A DNA stretch of 60,172 bases from Chiloscyllium plagiosum (lineage: Eukaryota), in assembly GCF_004010195.1 (NCBI RefSeq), contig NC_057749.1:24636569-24696740 (forward strand), in the 5' to 3' direction. Under the pieces are notes generated by a model. The model had not been told where the DNA came from, made no database searches, and was given only the letters and a program-made list of their open reading frames with translations. Of the stretch, positions 23,825 to 36,040 are shown piece after piece. Both the position numbers and the translations under genes were made by a program. Position 1 is the first letter of the stretch, and the number at the start of each line of letters is the position of its first letter.

Positions 23825-24272
23825 ATCATACAGAGTCATAGAGATGTACAGCATGGAAACAAACCCTTTGGTCCAGGCCGACCAGCTACCCCAACCCAAT
23901 CTAGTCCCACCTGCCAGCCCATGGCCAATATCCCTCCAAACCCTTCCGATTCATTTACCCATCCAGATGCCTCTTAAATGTTGTACTTGTACCAGCCTCC
24001 ACCACATCCTCTGGCAGCTCATTCCATACACGTACCACCCTCTGCGTGAAAAGGTTGCCCCTTAGGTCTCTTTTATATCTTTCCCCTCTCACCCTAAACC
24101 TATGCCCTCTAGTTCTGGACTCTCTGGCCCCAGGGAAAAGACTTTGCCTATTTACCCTATCCATGCCCCTCATAATTTTGTAAACCTCTATAAGGTCACC
24201 CCTCAGCCTCCAACAATCCAGGGAAAACAGCCCCAGCCCGTTCAGCCTCTCCCTATAGCTCAAATCTTCCAA
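23825..24272 (-). mobile_element. CR1 3' fragment
   Basis: RLRGDLIEVYKIMRG...FKRHLDG. Confidence 0.95.
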
Positions 24273-24377
24273 GGATATTATCGCACATAAGGTGGTGGTG
24301 TTCCCGTGTATCTGCTGCCCTTGTCCTTCCAGATGACAGTGATTGTGGGTTTGGAAGGTGCTCTCTCAGGATCCTTT

Positions 24378-24575
24378 GGAGCAGGTGGGGCTTGAATCTG
24401 TGTCTCCTGGCTCAGAGATAGGAACACTACCACTGCATTATAAGAACTACTAGTATAGCTCTGTTTAGATATTTTCTATATCAAAAGATGTCATAGCATG
24501 CATTTGGAGCAGGTGGGACTTAAACCCATACCTCACAGCTCAGAGGTAGTGACAGTGCCACTGCACCACAACAAT
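24378..24575 (-). mobile_element. Two tandem short tRNA-SINE copies
   Basis: tttggagcaggtggg...gctcagag...ccactgca occurs twice. Confidence 0.65.
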
Positions 24576-24934
24576 TTTCACAAGTGACGTTATACAATGA
24601 ATACAAATGTGATGGAATTGGGCTTAGGGGTGCGAGCACTCTACTAGCTGTCTAGACTCCTCTGGAATTTAATCTCCAGGACAGCAAACTCAGAAGAAAA
24701 TAAACAGCGTTTACAAAATTCTCTTTGAACACTTAGCTTAATAGTTCAAAAAAATTGGAAAGTGGAGAGGAGCGAGGGAAAGAAATCTTCAACTACCAGT
24801 CAATGAACATCCAATCAGGTGAAATAAAAAAGGTCCTCTTTCTAACAGCGGTATGTTAGCTGGCCAGCTGCAGGAGCCTGGTTGGCTGTAGCAATTCATG
24901 GAATTAAACAATCTGCAATTTAAAAAAAAAAATT

Positions 24935-26035
24935 ATTTGTGGGTGTCACTGGCTGGGCCCAGTATTTATTGCCCGTCCCTAGTTACCCTTAAGAAGGTGG
25001 GGGTGAGCTGCCTTCTTGAACCGCTGCAGTCCACCTGCTGTATTATAACCCATGATGCTCTGAGGGAGGGAATTCCAGAATTTTGACCTAGCAACAGTGA
25101 AGCAGTGTCGACATATTCCCAAGTCGGGATGGTGAGTGGCTTGGAGGAGAACTTACAGTGGGTGGTATTCCCTTGTATCTGCTGCCCTTGTCCTTCTATG
25201 TGGAAGTTACCATGGGTTTGGAAGGACCTGTCTGATGACCTGTCTGATGCAGTGCATCTTATAGATGGTACACACTGCTGCTACTGAGTGTCGTTGGTGG
25301 AGGGAGTGGATGCTTGTGGATGTGGTGCAGAGCCAGTGAACCATTTTGTCCTGGATGGTGTCAAGTTTCTTGAGTGTTGTTGGAGCTGCAGTAACCAGGT
25401 AAGAGGGGAATATCCCATCACACTCCTAACTTATGCTTTGGCGATGGTGGACATGCTTTGGGGAGTCAGGAGGTGAGTTGAATTACTTATTACAGCATTC
25501 CTAGCCTCTGACCTGCTCTTGTAGACACTGTTCATGCAGCAAGTGCAGTTGAATTTATGGTCAATAGTAACCCACAAGTGTTAATAGTGGGGAATTCAGT
25601 GATGATAACACCACTGAATGGTAAGGGGCGATGGTTACATCAAAGACTGTTGAATTATGTTGAGAAGGACTTTAATGTTAACTATTATCTTATTTCTTCA
25701 ATTTTCTACTTATTCTATGAAGGAAACATGAAACCTTTTTTAAACTTTGTTTCTTTTACCATTTTGTACCTGGGTACATTTTGTTCCTAAGATGACGGCT
25801 TGTGTGGTGACGTTATACACTTTTCACTTCACTTCAGTACATGTGACAATAAAATCTGAATCTAAGTCTAGATTGTCTCTTCCTGGAGATGGACACAGCC
25901 TGACATTTGTGTGGTACAAGTGTTACTTGCCGCTTGTCAGCCCAAGCCTGGATATTGTCCAGATCTTGTTGCAATTCGACATGGACTGCTTCAGTATCTG
26001 AGGAGTCGCAGATGGTGCTGACCATTGTGCAATCA
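24935..26035 (-). mobile_element. Second CR1/L2-clade LINE family, 3' part (candidate partner of SINE-X)
   Basis: LQQDLDNIQAWADK, GLQRFKKAAH C-terminus, and tagggacgggcaataaatactggg tail on the minus strand. Confidence 0.8.
25638..25870 (+). mobile_element. Rex-tailed non-coding retroposon, 5'-truncated (tail only)
   Basis: catcaaagactgttgaa...ttttcac...gtacatgtgacaataaaatct matches 46846-47121; interrupts a LINE. Confidence 0.8.
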
Positions 26036-27961
26036 TCATTTGTCTAAGTGAAAGTTGCAAACCTTAATCATGCCTCAATTTAATCCTTTTTAAGCTAATG
26101 CTGCTCTGCACAGGGTCAGAACGGCTCGCAACAAAGACATTGGCCCACGTGTCCATTGGCTGGGGCTCGCCTTGCTTGTCCTCCTTGCTTGTTTGACCCT
26201 GGCGAGGAAAGAAGAAGATTCAATCTGAAAATCGTCGCGTTGGGAAAACGGTTGATTGGACATCTGCAGAATGTAATGAAAGAATAACAGTGCGCTGTAT
26301 TAGTGCAGAACATCTGGGAGTCGACAGGAGGGATTTGCACATTAAACATGAAGTGGAAACAGCTGCTAATAGAAGGCCAATGTCACAAGGCTTATTCCAT
26401 TTTACCTCCAAGAGTGCGGCTCTGTGCAAAGTGGATAGAGATGTTTATCACGGTTGTGAGAGGTTATAATGGGACTGTGGAGGGAAGGTGGGGGATGGTG
26501 AGCCAATTCAATGCACAGCGCTGCTGTGAAGCATTTGACCTGCTTCCACGGTTCTTCCCGGCAATCTGGTCAGTGCTGCCTTTGGGATCTTGCTGTGCGC
26601 ACATCAGCTGCCATGTTTTCCTCCACGGCAGCCTCGCCCAGGGTTTCTGCAGCTTTCAAAACGAAACCGAGGGAACAAAGAATCTGAAGCATCTCGATCT
26701 GAAGAGAAAACATTCACAGGGTCATGGGGAAGAGGCGCGGACGTGGGCCTGGAATCTTTGGGCCGAGTGACCTTTCCTGTGACTGTCCCTGCCCTTCACC
26801 GTTCCACTTTGCAAAAGGCGCCCTCCTTAGGCAACACTGCTTTCGGAAATCTTGAGTGTACAAAAAATACTTTATAAATGTGAGCCTTTCCTTCCTACTC
26901 TGGGATGACCCATAACGATACGGATTGTACAATCCCAAAGTCTGATCTTCGAAGGTTTCAGAGATGATTTAAGGAAGGGTGGCTGGGAGGCCAAAATCCC
27001 TGAGGTGTTGTCCACCTGAGAAACGATGTGCTGTTTCTTGCCCGATTGCCAGTAATTCACCCTCTGCCAGCTGCTACCAGCTTCGCGCCAATGGGCTCTG
27101 CTTTTCCAATCCTCTGGTCCGGGTTTTGTGGAAGGTGGATTTCAGAAAATGGGAAGGGTAGATGGGATAACAACATGCCGTTTTCATGGCAGCATGCCTG
27201 TGGCATTGAGGGTGGCAGAGAGCATGCTCACTCAGAATGCTGGGAAATGTTTTTAATTGGCTGTCACTGACAAGACGTGATTCCCAGCTCCTGTTGATCA
27301 CCAACAGGCCAGTGTGGGGAGGGGATCCTTGGATCCACTTTCAGTTTCCTTTCAGTTAGTCAAGGTTCAGTTTTAAAATTCCTTGTTTTCAAATCCTTCC
27401 ACAGCCTTTCCCCTCCCTGCCTCTGTATTCCCCTTCACAAGCCTGAACTTCCATGAGATCCTTACTTTCTCCTGAATCTGGTCCTCATAAACATCCTGAG
27501 TTTTAATCATTCCTGGCAGTGCCTTTAGCTCCCGAAACCCCCCTGCCTAAATCTCTCGGACTCTTTCCTCCTTTCAAGTTGGTCCTTATTTCTCTCCTAT
27601 CACCTCATGTGGCTCGTCATCAGTAGAGTATTATGAATCAGAATTTGAAGCCTCTTAAGATATTTGACCACCTTCAAAGGGTTACCAGTCTGTTACTGTT
27701 GTTGGCTTGTCAGGCCTGATTTTGTCTTCACAGGCATAAGACATTGAAGCAGAAATTGTCCACTCATCCCATTGAGTCTGCCCTGCCATTCAATAACTGA
27801 ATTCGATGTTCAACCTCCAGGGCCACTAGATCAACATCATTCAGGTTCTCCATCCAAATCCCAATGAAAGAAGCACGACAACAGTTGTTCATTTGATCAT
27901 TTCTTGACTTTAGAATAAAGCAATCCCACAATAGCACAACCATTGCAATGTAGAATGAGAC

Positions 27962-28268
27962 TGGCATGGTGGCTCAGTGGTTAGCGCTGCTGCCTCCCAG
28001 TGCCAGGGACCCAGGTTCGATTCCCACCTTGGGTGACTGTGCCTGTGTGGAGTTTGCATGTTCCCCCTGCGTGTGTGTCAGTTTCCTCCCACAGACCAAA
28101 GATGTGCAGGTCAAGTGAATTGGCCATGCTAAATTGCCCGTAGTGTTAGGTGCATTACTCAGGGGTAAATGTAGGGGAATGGGTCTGGGTGGGTTACTCT
28201 TTGGAGGTCGAAATGGACTTGTTGGGCCAAATGGCCTGTCCCTACACTGTAGGGAATCTAATCTAATA
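27962..28268 (+). mobile_element. HE1-type SINE
   Basis: Full length; tctaatctaa tail. Confidence 0.9.
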
Positions 28269-28289
28269 TCATTGGACCAATTGTGACTA

Positions 28290-29228
28290 GAGTCACTGTG
28301 TCATACAACATGGAAACGGACTATTCGGTCCATCTCCTCCATGCTGACCAGTTTCCTAAATTGAATTACTACCATTTGCCTGTGTTTAGCACACATCCCT
28401 CTAAACCTTTCCTATCCATGTATCTGTCTTAATGTCTTATTTTGTTGAATTTATATCCATCTTGACCACTTTCTCTGGCAGCTCATTCCATACACACACC
28501 ACCCTCTTGTGCAAAAAATGTTGCCCCTCGGGACCATTTTAAATCTTTCCGCTCTCACCATAAACCTTGCTGTCTAGTTTTGGGCTCCCCTACTCATGGA
28601 AAAAGGCCTTTGCTATTCACCTTAACAATGCCCCTCATGACTTTATAAACTTCTTTAAGGTCACCCCTCAGCCTTCAACGGCCCAGGGAAAAAAGTCCCA
28701 GTCTGTCCAGCTTCTCCCTATAACTCAAACCCTCCAGTTTCAGTAACATCCTTGTGAGTTATTTCTGTACCCTTTCTAAAGTAACAACATCCTTCCCATA
28801 GAAGAGTGACTAGAATTGTATGCAGTATTCTAAATGTGATCTCACCAATGTCCTGTATAGCTGCAACATTACGTCCCAACTCCTATACTCAGTGCTGTGA
28901 CCAATAAAGTCAAGTGTGCCAAACGTCTTGTCGATCTGTGAGGCACTATTAAGGAACTATACCTGTACCCCCCTAGGTCCCTCTGTTCAACAACATTCCT
29001 GACCATTAACTGTGTAAATCCTGTCCCTGGCTTGCCTTACCAAAATACAATGCTCCACATTTATCTAAATTAAACTCCATTCACTACTTCTCGGCCTATT
29101 GGTCCATCTAATCAAGATCCCATTGTACTCTTAGGTAACCTTCTTCACAGTCCACTACACCACCAATTTTGGTGTCATCTGCAAACTTATTAACCACACC
29201 TCCTATATTTTCATCTAACTTGTTGATA
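28290..29228 (-). mobile_element. CR1 3' fragment
   Basis: ttggtgtcatctgcaaac (FADDTK) through 3' UTR. Confidence 0.9.
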
Positions 29229-29660
29229 TGAATGAGTCTAATTTCCTTAATGCCATTCTCCAACCTTCTCCTCATTACCCTGGACACCCTCCCTTTTCAG
29301 TCCAATGCCTCAACCAAACCAGCCTCCAATGCACTCCCAGGCAGTGCCTTCCATATTCTAACTACCCGCTGAGTGGAAATGCTTTTTCTCATGTCATCCT
29401 TGCTTCTTTTCCATATCACGTTTAAATCTCTTGTCTCGTTCTTGAGTCTGTCATGAATGGGGACAGTCTTACGCTACCCATTCTGTCCAGCTTTGTATGG
29501 GATTGGAACATACAGGAACAGAGACACGGATTAATGTATATTGTTTAGCCTCAATAAAGGGAGGTATGTAAAATTTGTAATGCCTGCCCAGTTGACCAAG
29601 AAATGTGACTGAACTATGCGACTCAATGAAAAGTGGAAGGAAAGATTCAATTTTCTAACC

Positions 29661-29824
29661 TGATGAAGGGCTTATGCCCGAATTGTCGATTCTCCATTCC
29701 TGATGAAGAGCTTATGCCTGAAACGTTGAATCTCCTGCCCCTCGGATGCTGCCATCCTGCTGTGCTTTTCCAGCAACACACTCTTGGCTCTGATCTACAG
29801 CATCTGCAGTCCTTACCTTCTCTC
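29661..29824 (+). mobile_element. PLE family A insertion with two tandem hammerhead cores
   Basis: CTGATGA at 29660 and 29700; TSD tcaattttctaacc at 29647-29660 and 29825-29838. Confidence 0.85.
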
Positions 29825-29865
29825 TCAATTTTCTAACCGAACTGACCAGGCTCCAATTATTTATA

Positions 29866-30006
29866 GATGGAAATGTGTTGCTGGAAAAGCGCAGCAGGTC
29901 AGGCAGCATCTCGGGAACAGGAGAATCGACGTTTCGGGCATTAGCCCTTCTCCAATTATTTATAGGAGAAAGTGAGGAGAAAGCCCTTCCAGCAACACAT
30001 TTTCAG
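29866..30006. mobile_element. Rearranged PLE family A pieces between three copies of a 15-bp target
   Basis: ctccaattatttata at 29851, 29950 and 30007. Confidence 0.8.
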
Positions 30007-31374
30007 CTCCAATTATTTATATTCCATTTACAAAGCTCGTTAATACATTTAAAAAAGAAAATACCATTCACTCAGACAGTGGCTGGGTTTTTACTGAAAT
30101 TACCTTGTGTTATCGTAATATTTTAGGCTTAACGGGCTGACTTTTATACTGAAGTGTCACACCTTAGGTGGGCTGTTAGACATCTGGACTTGCCCCAGAG
30201 CAAGTTCTAATGCAAGGACAGCACAAATATCTTGGAAAGACTGTGGATTCAGGTTGCAGCACAATACACGGCCGTTGAACTCCACCCAGTTGTTTCACCA
30301 CGGGAAATATGGGAAAGTAAATGGAATAAAAGTGTTCGTTTGGCCTGAGTACGGGCTAAACAGAAGAAGGAAACTGCGGACTAGATATCCATAAACCACA
30401 TTCCACCCTCCGACATCAAAAGTATTAAAATGGACTGTGTTCTTCTCACGCAAACCTAAACCAAATTAGGGCAATTCTGACCCATTTCCTTTTAATGATC
30501 AAAATTTAAATGAAATTTAATTCAGTCGTACAGGACAACCTGAAATCTATGTCCCAATCCAGGCACCACAATTTCAAAATGATGACAGGAGCACTTTCCC
30601 TGGGGCAAGTCCACGTGTCTAATGTGTGACATTTCAATATAGAAGTCAGCGCACTAGGAGAGGGAGCAGAGAGTGTTTATCGAAATGGTTTCAGGGACGA
30701 AGGACTTTAGTCCTATGGGGATAATGGAGCATAAGTTGTAAATAGAATCTTCCAGTTCAGACTGTGACCAATCGGCCCATCACACCTGTGATAACTCTTT
30801 AAAAATGATATCCAATTAGTCCCACACTCCTGCTCTTTGTTTATTGTTCTGATTGTTTCATCGTAAGTTTTCTTTTACAATCTGATTTCCTTTTGAAAGT
30901 TACCGCTAGTCTGTTTCTTCCAGCCTCTCATACATTGTATTCCAGATCGTATCAATCACTGTAACAAAAAACAGTTGTCCCATCTCTCTGATTTTATTTG
31001 CAAACTATCTTCAATCTGTTCTTCTGCTTTTTGGCCATGTTGCCAACGGAAACAGTTTCTCTTTATCTACCCTATTAAAATCCCTCCAAGATTTGAAGTC
31101 CTTTATTAACTCTCGGCTTGAAGGAATCACACTTCTGATTTTTCTCTTCACTTCCAGAAGTAAAATCTCTCATCCCTGTATTAAGGACAATGTGTAACTT
31201 TAACTTACATTTTTCATTTTATGTATTAAGCAAAGGGGGGATATTTTTTGGTTTCATTTTCTAAAGAGTTGTTTTTGTGAGCTTGCTAATTTGCAGTTCC
31301 GGGGGCCGGTTGGTTTGCAAGCATTTCTGACGAAGTCCTTGAACAGGAAAAGACAAGGTTGATAACTTTGAAGG

Positions 31375-32718
31375 TTGATAAACTATTTCCTCTGAATGGG
31401 ATTTCTAGAAAGAGAAGGCATAAGAATAAAGACCAAAGTGTTCAGGAGAGATAGTAGGAAACACTTCTATACACAAGGGTGGTAGATGTTTGGAACTCTC
31501 TTCCACAAGTTGCAGTGGGTACAGGATCAGATTTAGATTTAGATTTTATTGTTACGTGTACTCAAGTACAGGAGTACAGTGAAAAGTGTACAATGTTGCC
31601 ACACAAGATGCCATCTTAGGTACAAAGATACCCAGGTACAAAAAATGCTGTGGTACAAAGAAACAGTTAAAAAGGTTAAGCATGACTTTCATAGAATATG
31701 TAGAGAAATAAAGAAATAAGGTAATAGTTCACATTAAAGTTCTATAATCTAGAAAAAAAACAAAGGAATAAAGTTAAAAGTTCAATAGGCTTTGAGTCCT
31801 TCACTAAGCTCACTCTCTGGGAGACCGCAGCTGCTTGTTCTCGATACCACAGATACTGAGAGGAGCTCCTTCACCACTTGCTCTTCCAGCATTTATCTGT
31901 GATGCCACCGCTGCTGAAGCTGCCACCTCCCTGATCTTCTCTTGCGGCCACTGGAACACACCCAGGCAGGACCCACTCACACACCAAGAGGCTGCCTCAC
32001 TGAGCCATGAGACCAGGCCGAGATACTGCCACGCAAGGCTGAGAGACCGAGCTGAGATATTACCACACCAAGCTGAGAGACCAAGCCGAGATACTGCCAT
32101 GCCAGGCCGAGAGACCAGGTTGAGAGACCACGCTGAGAAAGCAGGCCGAGACACTGCCCTGCAAGGCTGAGAGACCAGGCCGAGACACCAGGCTGAGAGA
32201 CCGGGCCCGAGATACTGCCACGCCAGGCTGAGAGTCTAGGCCAAGATACTGCCAAGCAAGGCTGAGAGACCAGGCCGAATGACCAGACTGAGATATTGCC
32301 AAGCTGGGTCGAGAGACTGGGCTGAGATACTGCCACACCTGGCTGAGAGACCAGGCTGCGAGACCAGGCCGAGCTGAATCCCTCATTAAACTAATATCTC
32401 CAGACATCTTGCCAGGACTGCACTGAGGCCAGGAGTAAAGAAAAGAAGAGAAGAACCACTGAAAATGAAGAAAAGAAAAAAGAATGAGAAAGAAACGGAT
32501 GGAGCGGACAAGCTCTGGATATAGCAACTTACTCTGTCGCCATCTTGGAAATAAGTTGCCAGTTTTAAATCTGAGATAGATACATTTTTGTTAAGCCAAA
32601 CATATTGAGGGATATAGGCCAAAGGAGAGTATATGGTGTTAGGCCACAGTCCAGCCAGGATCTCATCAAATGATGGTACAGGCTTGGGGGGCTGAATGGC
32701 CTACTCCTATTCCTTTGT
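31375..32718 (+). mobile_element. CR1-type 3' fragment (31375-31528 and 32555-32718) split by an insertion
   Basis: VWNSLPQ...[insert]...FKSEIDTFL; gctgaatggcctactcct UTR. Confidence 0.75.
31529..32550 (-). mobile_element. Rex-tailed VNTR-containing retroposon, apparently full length
   Basis: Minus strand starts ccaagatggcg, then a pyrimidine tract, VNTR 32003-32372, and tail ttttcactgtactcctgtacttgagtacacgtaacaataaa(atctaa)n. Confidence 0.8.
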
Positions 32719-32817
32719 CGAACATATGGAAAAGTTGGTATCTTATGGACCTTGCCTTTCTCTGAACCTCGTTTGATGTATTTCTGTACTTTCTTAGCAC
32801 TTCTGCTCCGATGTCCC

Positions 32818-33334
32818 TGTGATGCAGTGGAGAAATGGTGGGTTAGCAGTTCAGTGCATTAAAAAGAAAGTGAGTTTAAAAATACGGTGCCATTGCTGAG
32901 TGACAGGGGACCAGGAACACACAGAGAAATGGAAAATTGTGAGGTCAGTCAGGCAGTCAACGTGTGTGGGTGAGAGTCTGCTGGAACCTGATTTTAGGGA
33001 ACTCTCTGAGGTCTAAAGTAATAGTGAGTGCAGTTTGTTTTAGGTATCACAGAGAGAAATAGCAGTTTATGGAAAAAGCATCTAGTGAATTTTCATAAAT
33101 CCACTGAAAGGAAACAGAATTAATCCACTGAAAGGAAACCGAATGCATCCATGCCAACCTGCGCAAGAAACACTGGTGTGAAAAAGCTGACAATGCTTCC
33201 CTGGAGTTTTTGTGTTGGGAAGAATATTGTTTGAATTAATAGAAAGCTGTGAACTGGAGTCCTTTTTTGGTATCTGTGATGAAATCTTTCCAACATATTT
33301 GTTTAACGTAATATAGGTTTTGTTACTTGTCACA
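32818..33334. mobile_element. Possible LTR-like element
   Basis: tgtga...tcaca termini and an internal aatccactgaaaggaaac duplication; no TSD. Confidence 0.3.
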
Positions 33335-33387
33335 GTTTTGGTCTCCTTACTTGGGGAGGGATGTGGTTGTATCGGAGGCAGTTATGG

Positions 33388-34130
33388 AGTCATAGAGATA
33401 TGTACAGTATGGAAACAGACCCTTCAGTTCAACTTGTCCATGCCGACCAGTTATCCTAAATTAATCTAGTCCTATTTGCCAGCACCTGGCCCATATCCCT
33501 CCAAAGCCTTCCTATTCATATGAGGAGAAAGTGAGGTCTGCAGATGCTGGAGATCAGAGCTGGAAATGTGTTGCTGGAAAAGCGCAGCAGGTCAGGCAGC
33601 ATCCAGGGAACAGGAGAATCGACGTTTCTTCATTCCTGAAGAAGGGCTTATGCCCAAAACGTCGATTCTCCTGTTCCCTGGATGCTGCCTGACCTGCTGC
33701 GCTTTTCCAGCACCACATTTCCAGCTTCCTATTCATATACCCATCCAGATGACTTTTAAATGTTGTAATTGTACCAGCCTCCACTACTTCCTCTGGCAGC
33801 TCATTCCATACATGCACTACTCTCTACGTGAAAAAGTTGCCCCTTAGATCCCTTTTAAATCTTTTCCCTCTTACATTAAACCTATGCCCTCTAGTTCTGG
33901 ACTCCCCCATTCCAGGAAAAAGACCTTGTCTATTTATCCTATCCATGCCCCTCATGATTTTATACATCTCTATAACGTCATCCCTCAGCCTCTGACGCTA
34001 CAGGGAAAACAGCCCCAGCCAATTCAGCCTCTCCCTATAGCTCAAACCCTCCAACCCTGGCACCATCCTTGTAAATCTTTTCTGAACCCTTTCAAGTTTC
34101 ACAATGTTTCCCCTACAACAGGGAGACCAG
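33388..34130 (-). mobile_element. CR1 3' fragment
   Basis: VWNELPEEVVEAGTITTFK and 3' UTR. Confidence 0.95.
33522..33724. mobile_element. PLE family A fold-back in CR1
   Basis: Near-perfect ~85-bp arms; TSD cttcctattcatat at 33508-33521 and 33725-33738. Confidence 0.9.
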
Positions 34131-34504
34131 TAATGCTTCAGCCTGTAGAGTTGTAGACATTCTCGAGATCAATCTGTTACAGTTTAGTCAGAATTGGCCA
34201 ATGACGCGCACTCACAGGATTTGTAAAGGATTATGATTCAGGGATGGCCTGACAGTATTAAAGAAGTACCTGAGAAGATTGGTTCATTTTGACCACAGAG
34301 ATAAACTTGTCCCATCACAATATGCAATTTTCAAGGGGATGCGAGTAACATCACAGGCATTATGCCAGGCTATGATGTCCCTGTTACACCCGGGAGGATT
34401 GGTAAAGATGAAGACAGCTAGTGAATCTGTGAACTGGCTATGGATTCAGCAATACATGTGAGGTATCAGCCCCAGCAACAGAGGAAGACTCTACATCCTT
34501 TAAT

Positions 34505-34800
34505 TTTTATTTATTTAGTCACGGGATGAAAGCATCGCTAGCTAGGCAGCATTTATTGCTCATTCCTAATTGCCCAGAGGGCAACTGAGAGTCAACCACA
34601 TTGCTGTGGGTCTGGAGTCACATATAGGTTAGACCAGGTAAGGAAGGCAGTTTCCTTCCCTGAAGGACATTAGTCAACCAGGTGGGTTTTCCCCTACAAT
34701 TGATTCACGGTCACCATTAGACTCTTAATTCCAGATTTTTAAAATTGAATTCAAATTCCACCATCTGCTGTGGCAAGATTCGAACCAGGTCCCCAGAACC
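34505..34800 (-). mobile_element. SINE-X
   Basis: gagtcaaccacattgctgtgggtctggagtcacat...agaccaggtaagga. Confidence 0.8.
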
Positions 34801-34807
34801 AACCGTG

Positions 34808-34868
34808 GGGTGGCATGGTGGCTCAGCGGTTAGCACTGCTGCCTCACAGCGCCAGGGACCCGGATTCA
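34808..34868 (+). mobile_element. HE1 head only
   Basis: ggtggctcagcggttagcactgctgcctcacagcgccagggaccc. Confidence 0.7.
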
Positions 34869-35226
34869 TCCACCCATTGTTTGGATGAAAAGAACAATGA
34901 ATCTTTGCATGAAATAGATTACATTCCTGCAACAAGAATCTTCCCATCGTTGGACAGTTTAGTGTGTCCCTCGTTGACATGGTGGCACTATTTTCAGTTT
35001 ATTCAGAGTAGATTACAATTAGAGTGCAGTTCACTGGCAACCTCTGGACTAATTGGGGAATGGCCCATATCACATCATCACCCCACTACCAATGTTCAAA
35101 GAGACTAACAGAGCTTATAGCATGCACCATAAAATCGGTCATTGTGAACTGACAAAGCAAAGTTTCCAAATTGCATTACTGTATATTTGTGTACAAATTT
35201 GTACATTTTCTACAAATCAAGTGTAG

Positions 35227-35622
35227 ATTGATTGATTTATTTGCTGTCACGTGTACCAAAGTACGATGAAAAGCTTTGTTTACAAGCAGGTCAGGCAAAT
35301 CATAGTAAGTAACAATATACAGATCACAAGGTTTAGAGGCCTATAGGTTACATTGCACATGGCATGTCTTAGGCAACATCAATGTTAGCAAGGTCAGCAT
35401 TATTTGAGGTTAGAGAGTCCATTCATCAGTCTAATAACGGCTGGGAAGAAGCTATTCCCAAACCTGGTGGTCTGTGTGTCCAGGCTTCTGTATCTTCTGC
35501 CTGATGGAAGAGGTTGCAGGAGATCATTACCAGGGTGTGATGGGTCTTTGATGATGTTGGCAGCCTTTCCGTGGCAGCGAGCCGTGTAAATGTAGTCCAT
35601 GGATGGAAAAACGGAGACCATG
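35227..35622 (-). mobile_element. Rex1/Babar-type LINE 3' end
   Basis: KAANIIKDPSHPG...LPSGRRYRS...NSFFPAVIRLMN C-terminus, 3' UTR and (aatc)n tail. Confidence 0.85.
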
Positions 35623-35870
35623 GATGGTATGAGATCACCAGAGGCTGATGAGTGGTGAAAGTTCCAAAACGTTACACTGAGGTGTGAAATGTTAATCTGT
35701 CTTGCCTGTTTGTATAGTTAACAAATTGACAAATGTCCTCTGAATGACCAAGGGTATCTGTTTGGGATAATTCATTTTACTTTAGAAAAGGGAGATTTTA
35801 AACAATTCTTTCATGGCTCATGGGCATCATTAGTTAGGCCAGCATTTGCTGCTCATCCTGAGTTGGCCTG

Positions 35871-36040
35871 AGTCAGAAGTCACATGACACCGGGTTATAG
35901 TCCAACAGGTTTATTTGAAATCAGAAGCTTTCAGAGCACTGCTCCTTCCAGTGATTTCAAATAAACCTGTTGGACTATAACCTGGTGTCACGTGACTTCT
36001 GACTTTGTCTACCCTAGTCCAACACCGGCATCTCCACCTT
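35871..36040. mobile_element. PLE family B fold-back
   Basis: ~55-bp inverted arms; flanks tgagttggcctg/tgaattggcctg. Confidence 0.8.

Noticed and set aside
27962..28030. tRNA gene
   Set aside because: This is the tRNA-like SINE head and continues directly into the HE1 core; the same holds for all other copies
31810..32527. Overlapping 111-155-aa ORFs
   Set aside because: Repetitive translations of the VNTR on both strands
33522..33724. Fold-backs read as MITEs or miRNA precursors
   Set aside because: Arms are unequal, breakpoints and TSD lengths vary, and single-arm copies exist, which fits retroelement inversion rather than TIR transposons; there is no evidence here for miRNA processing
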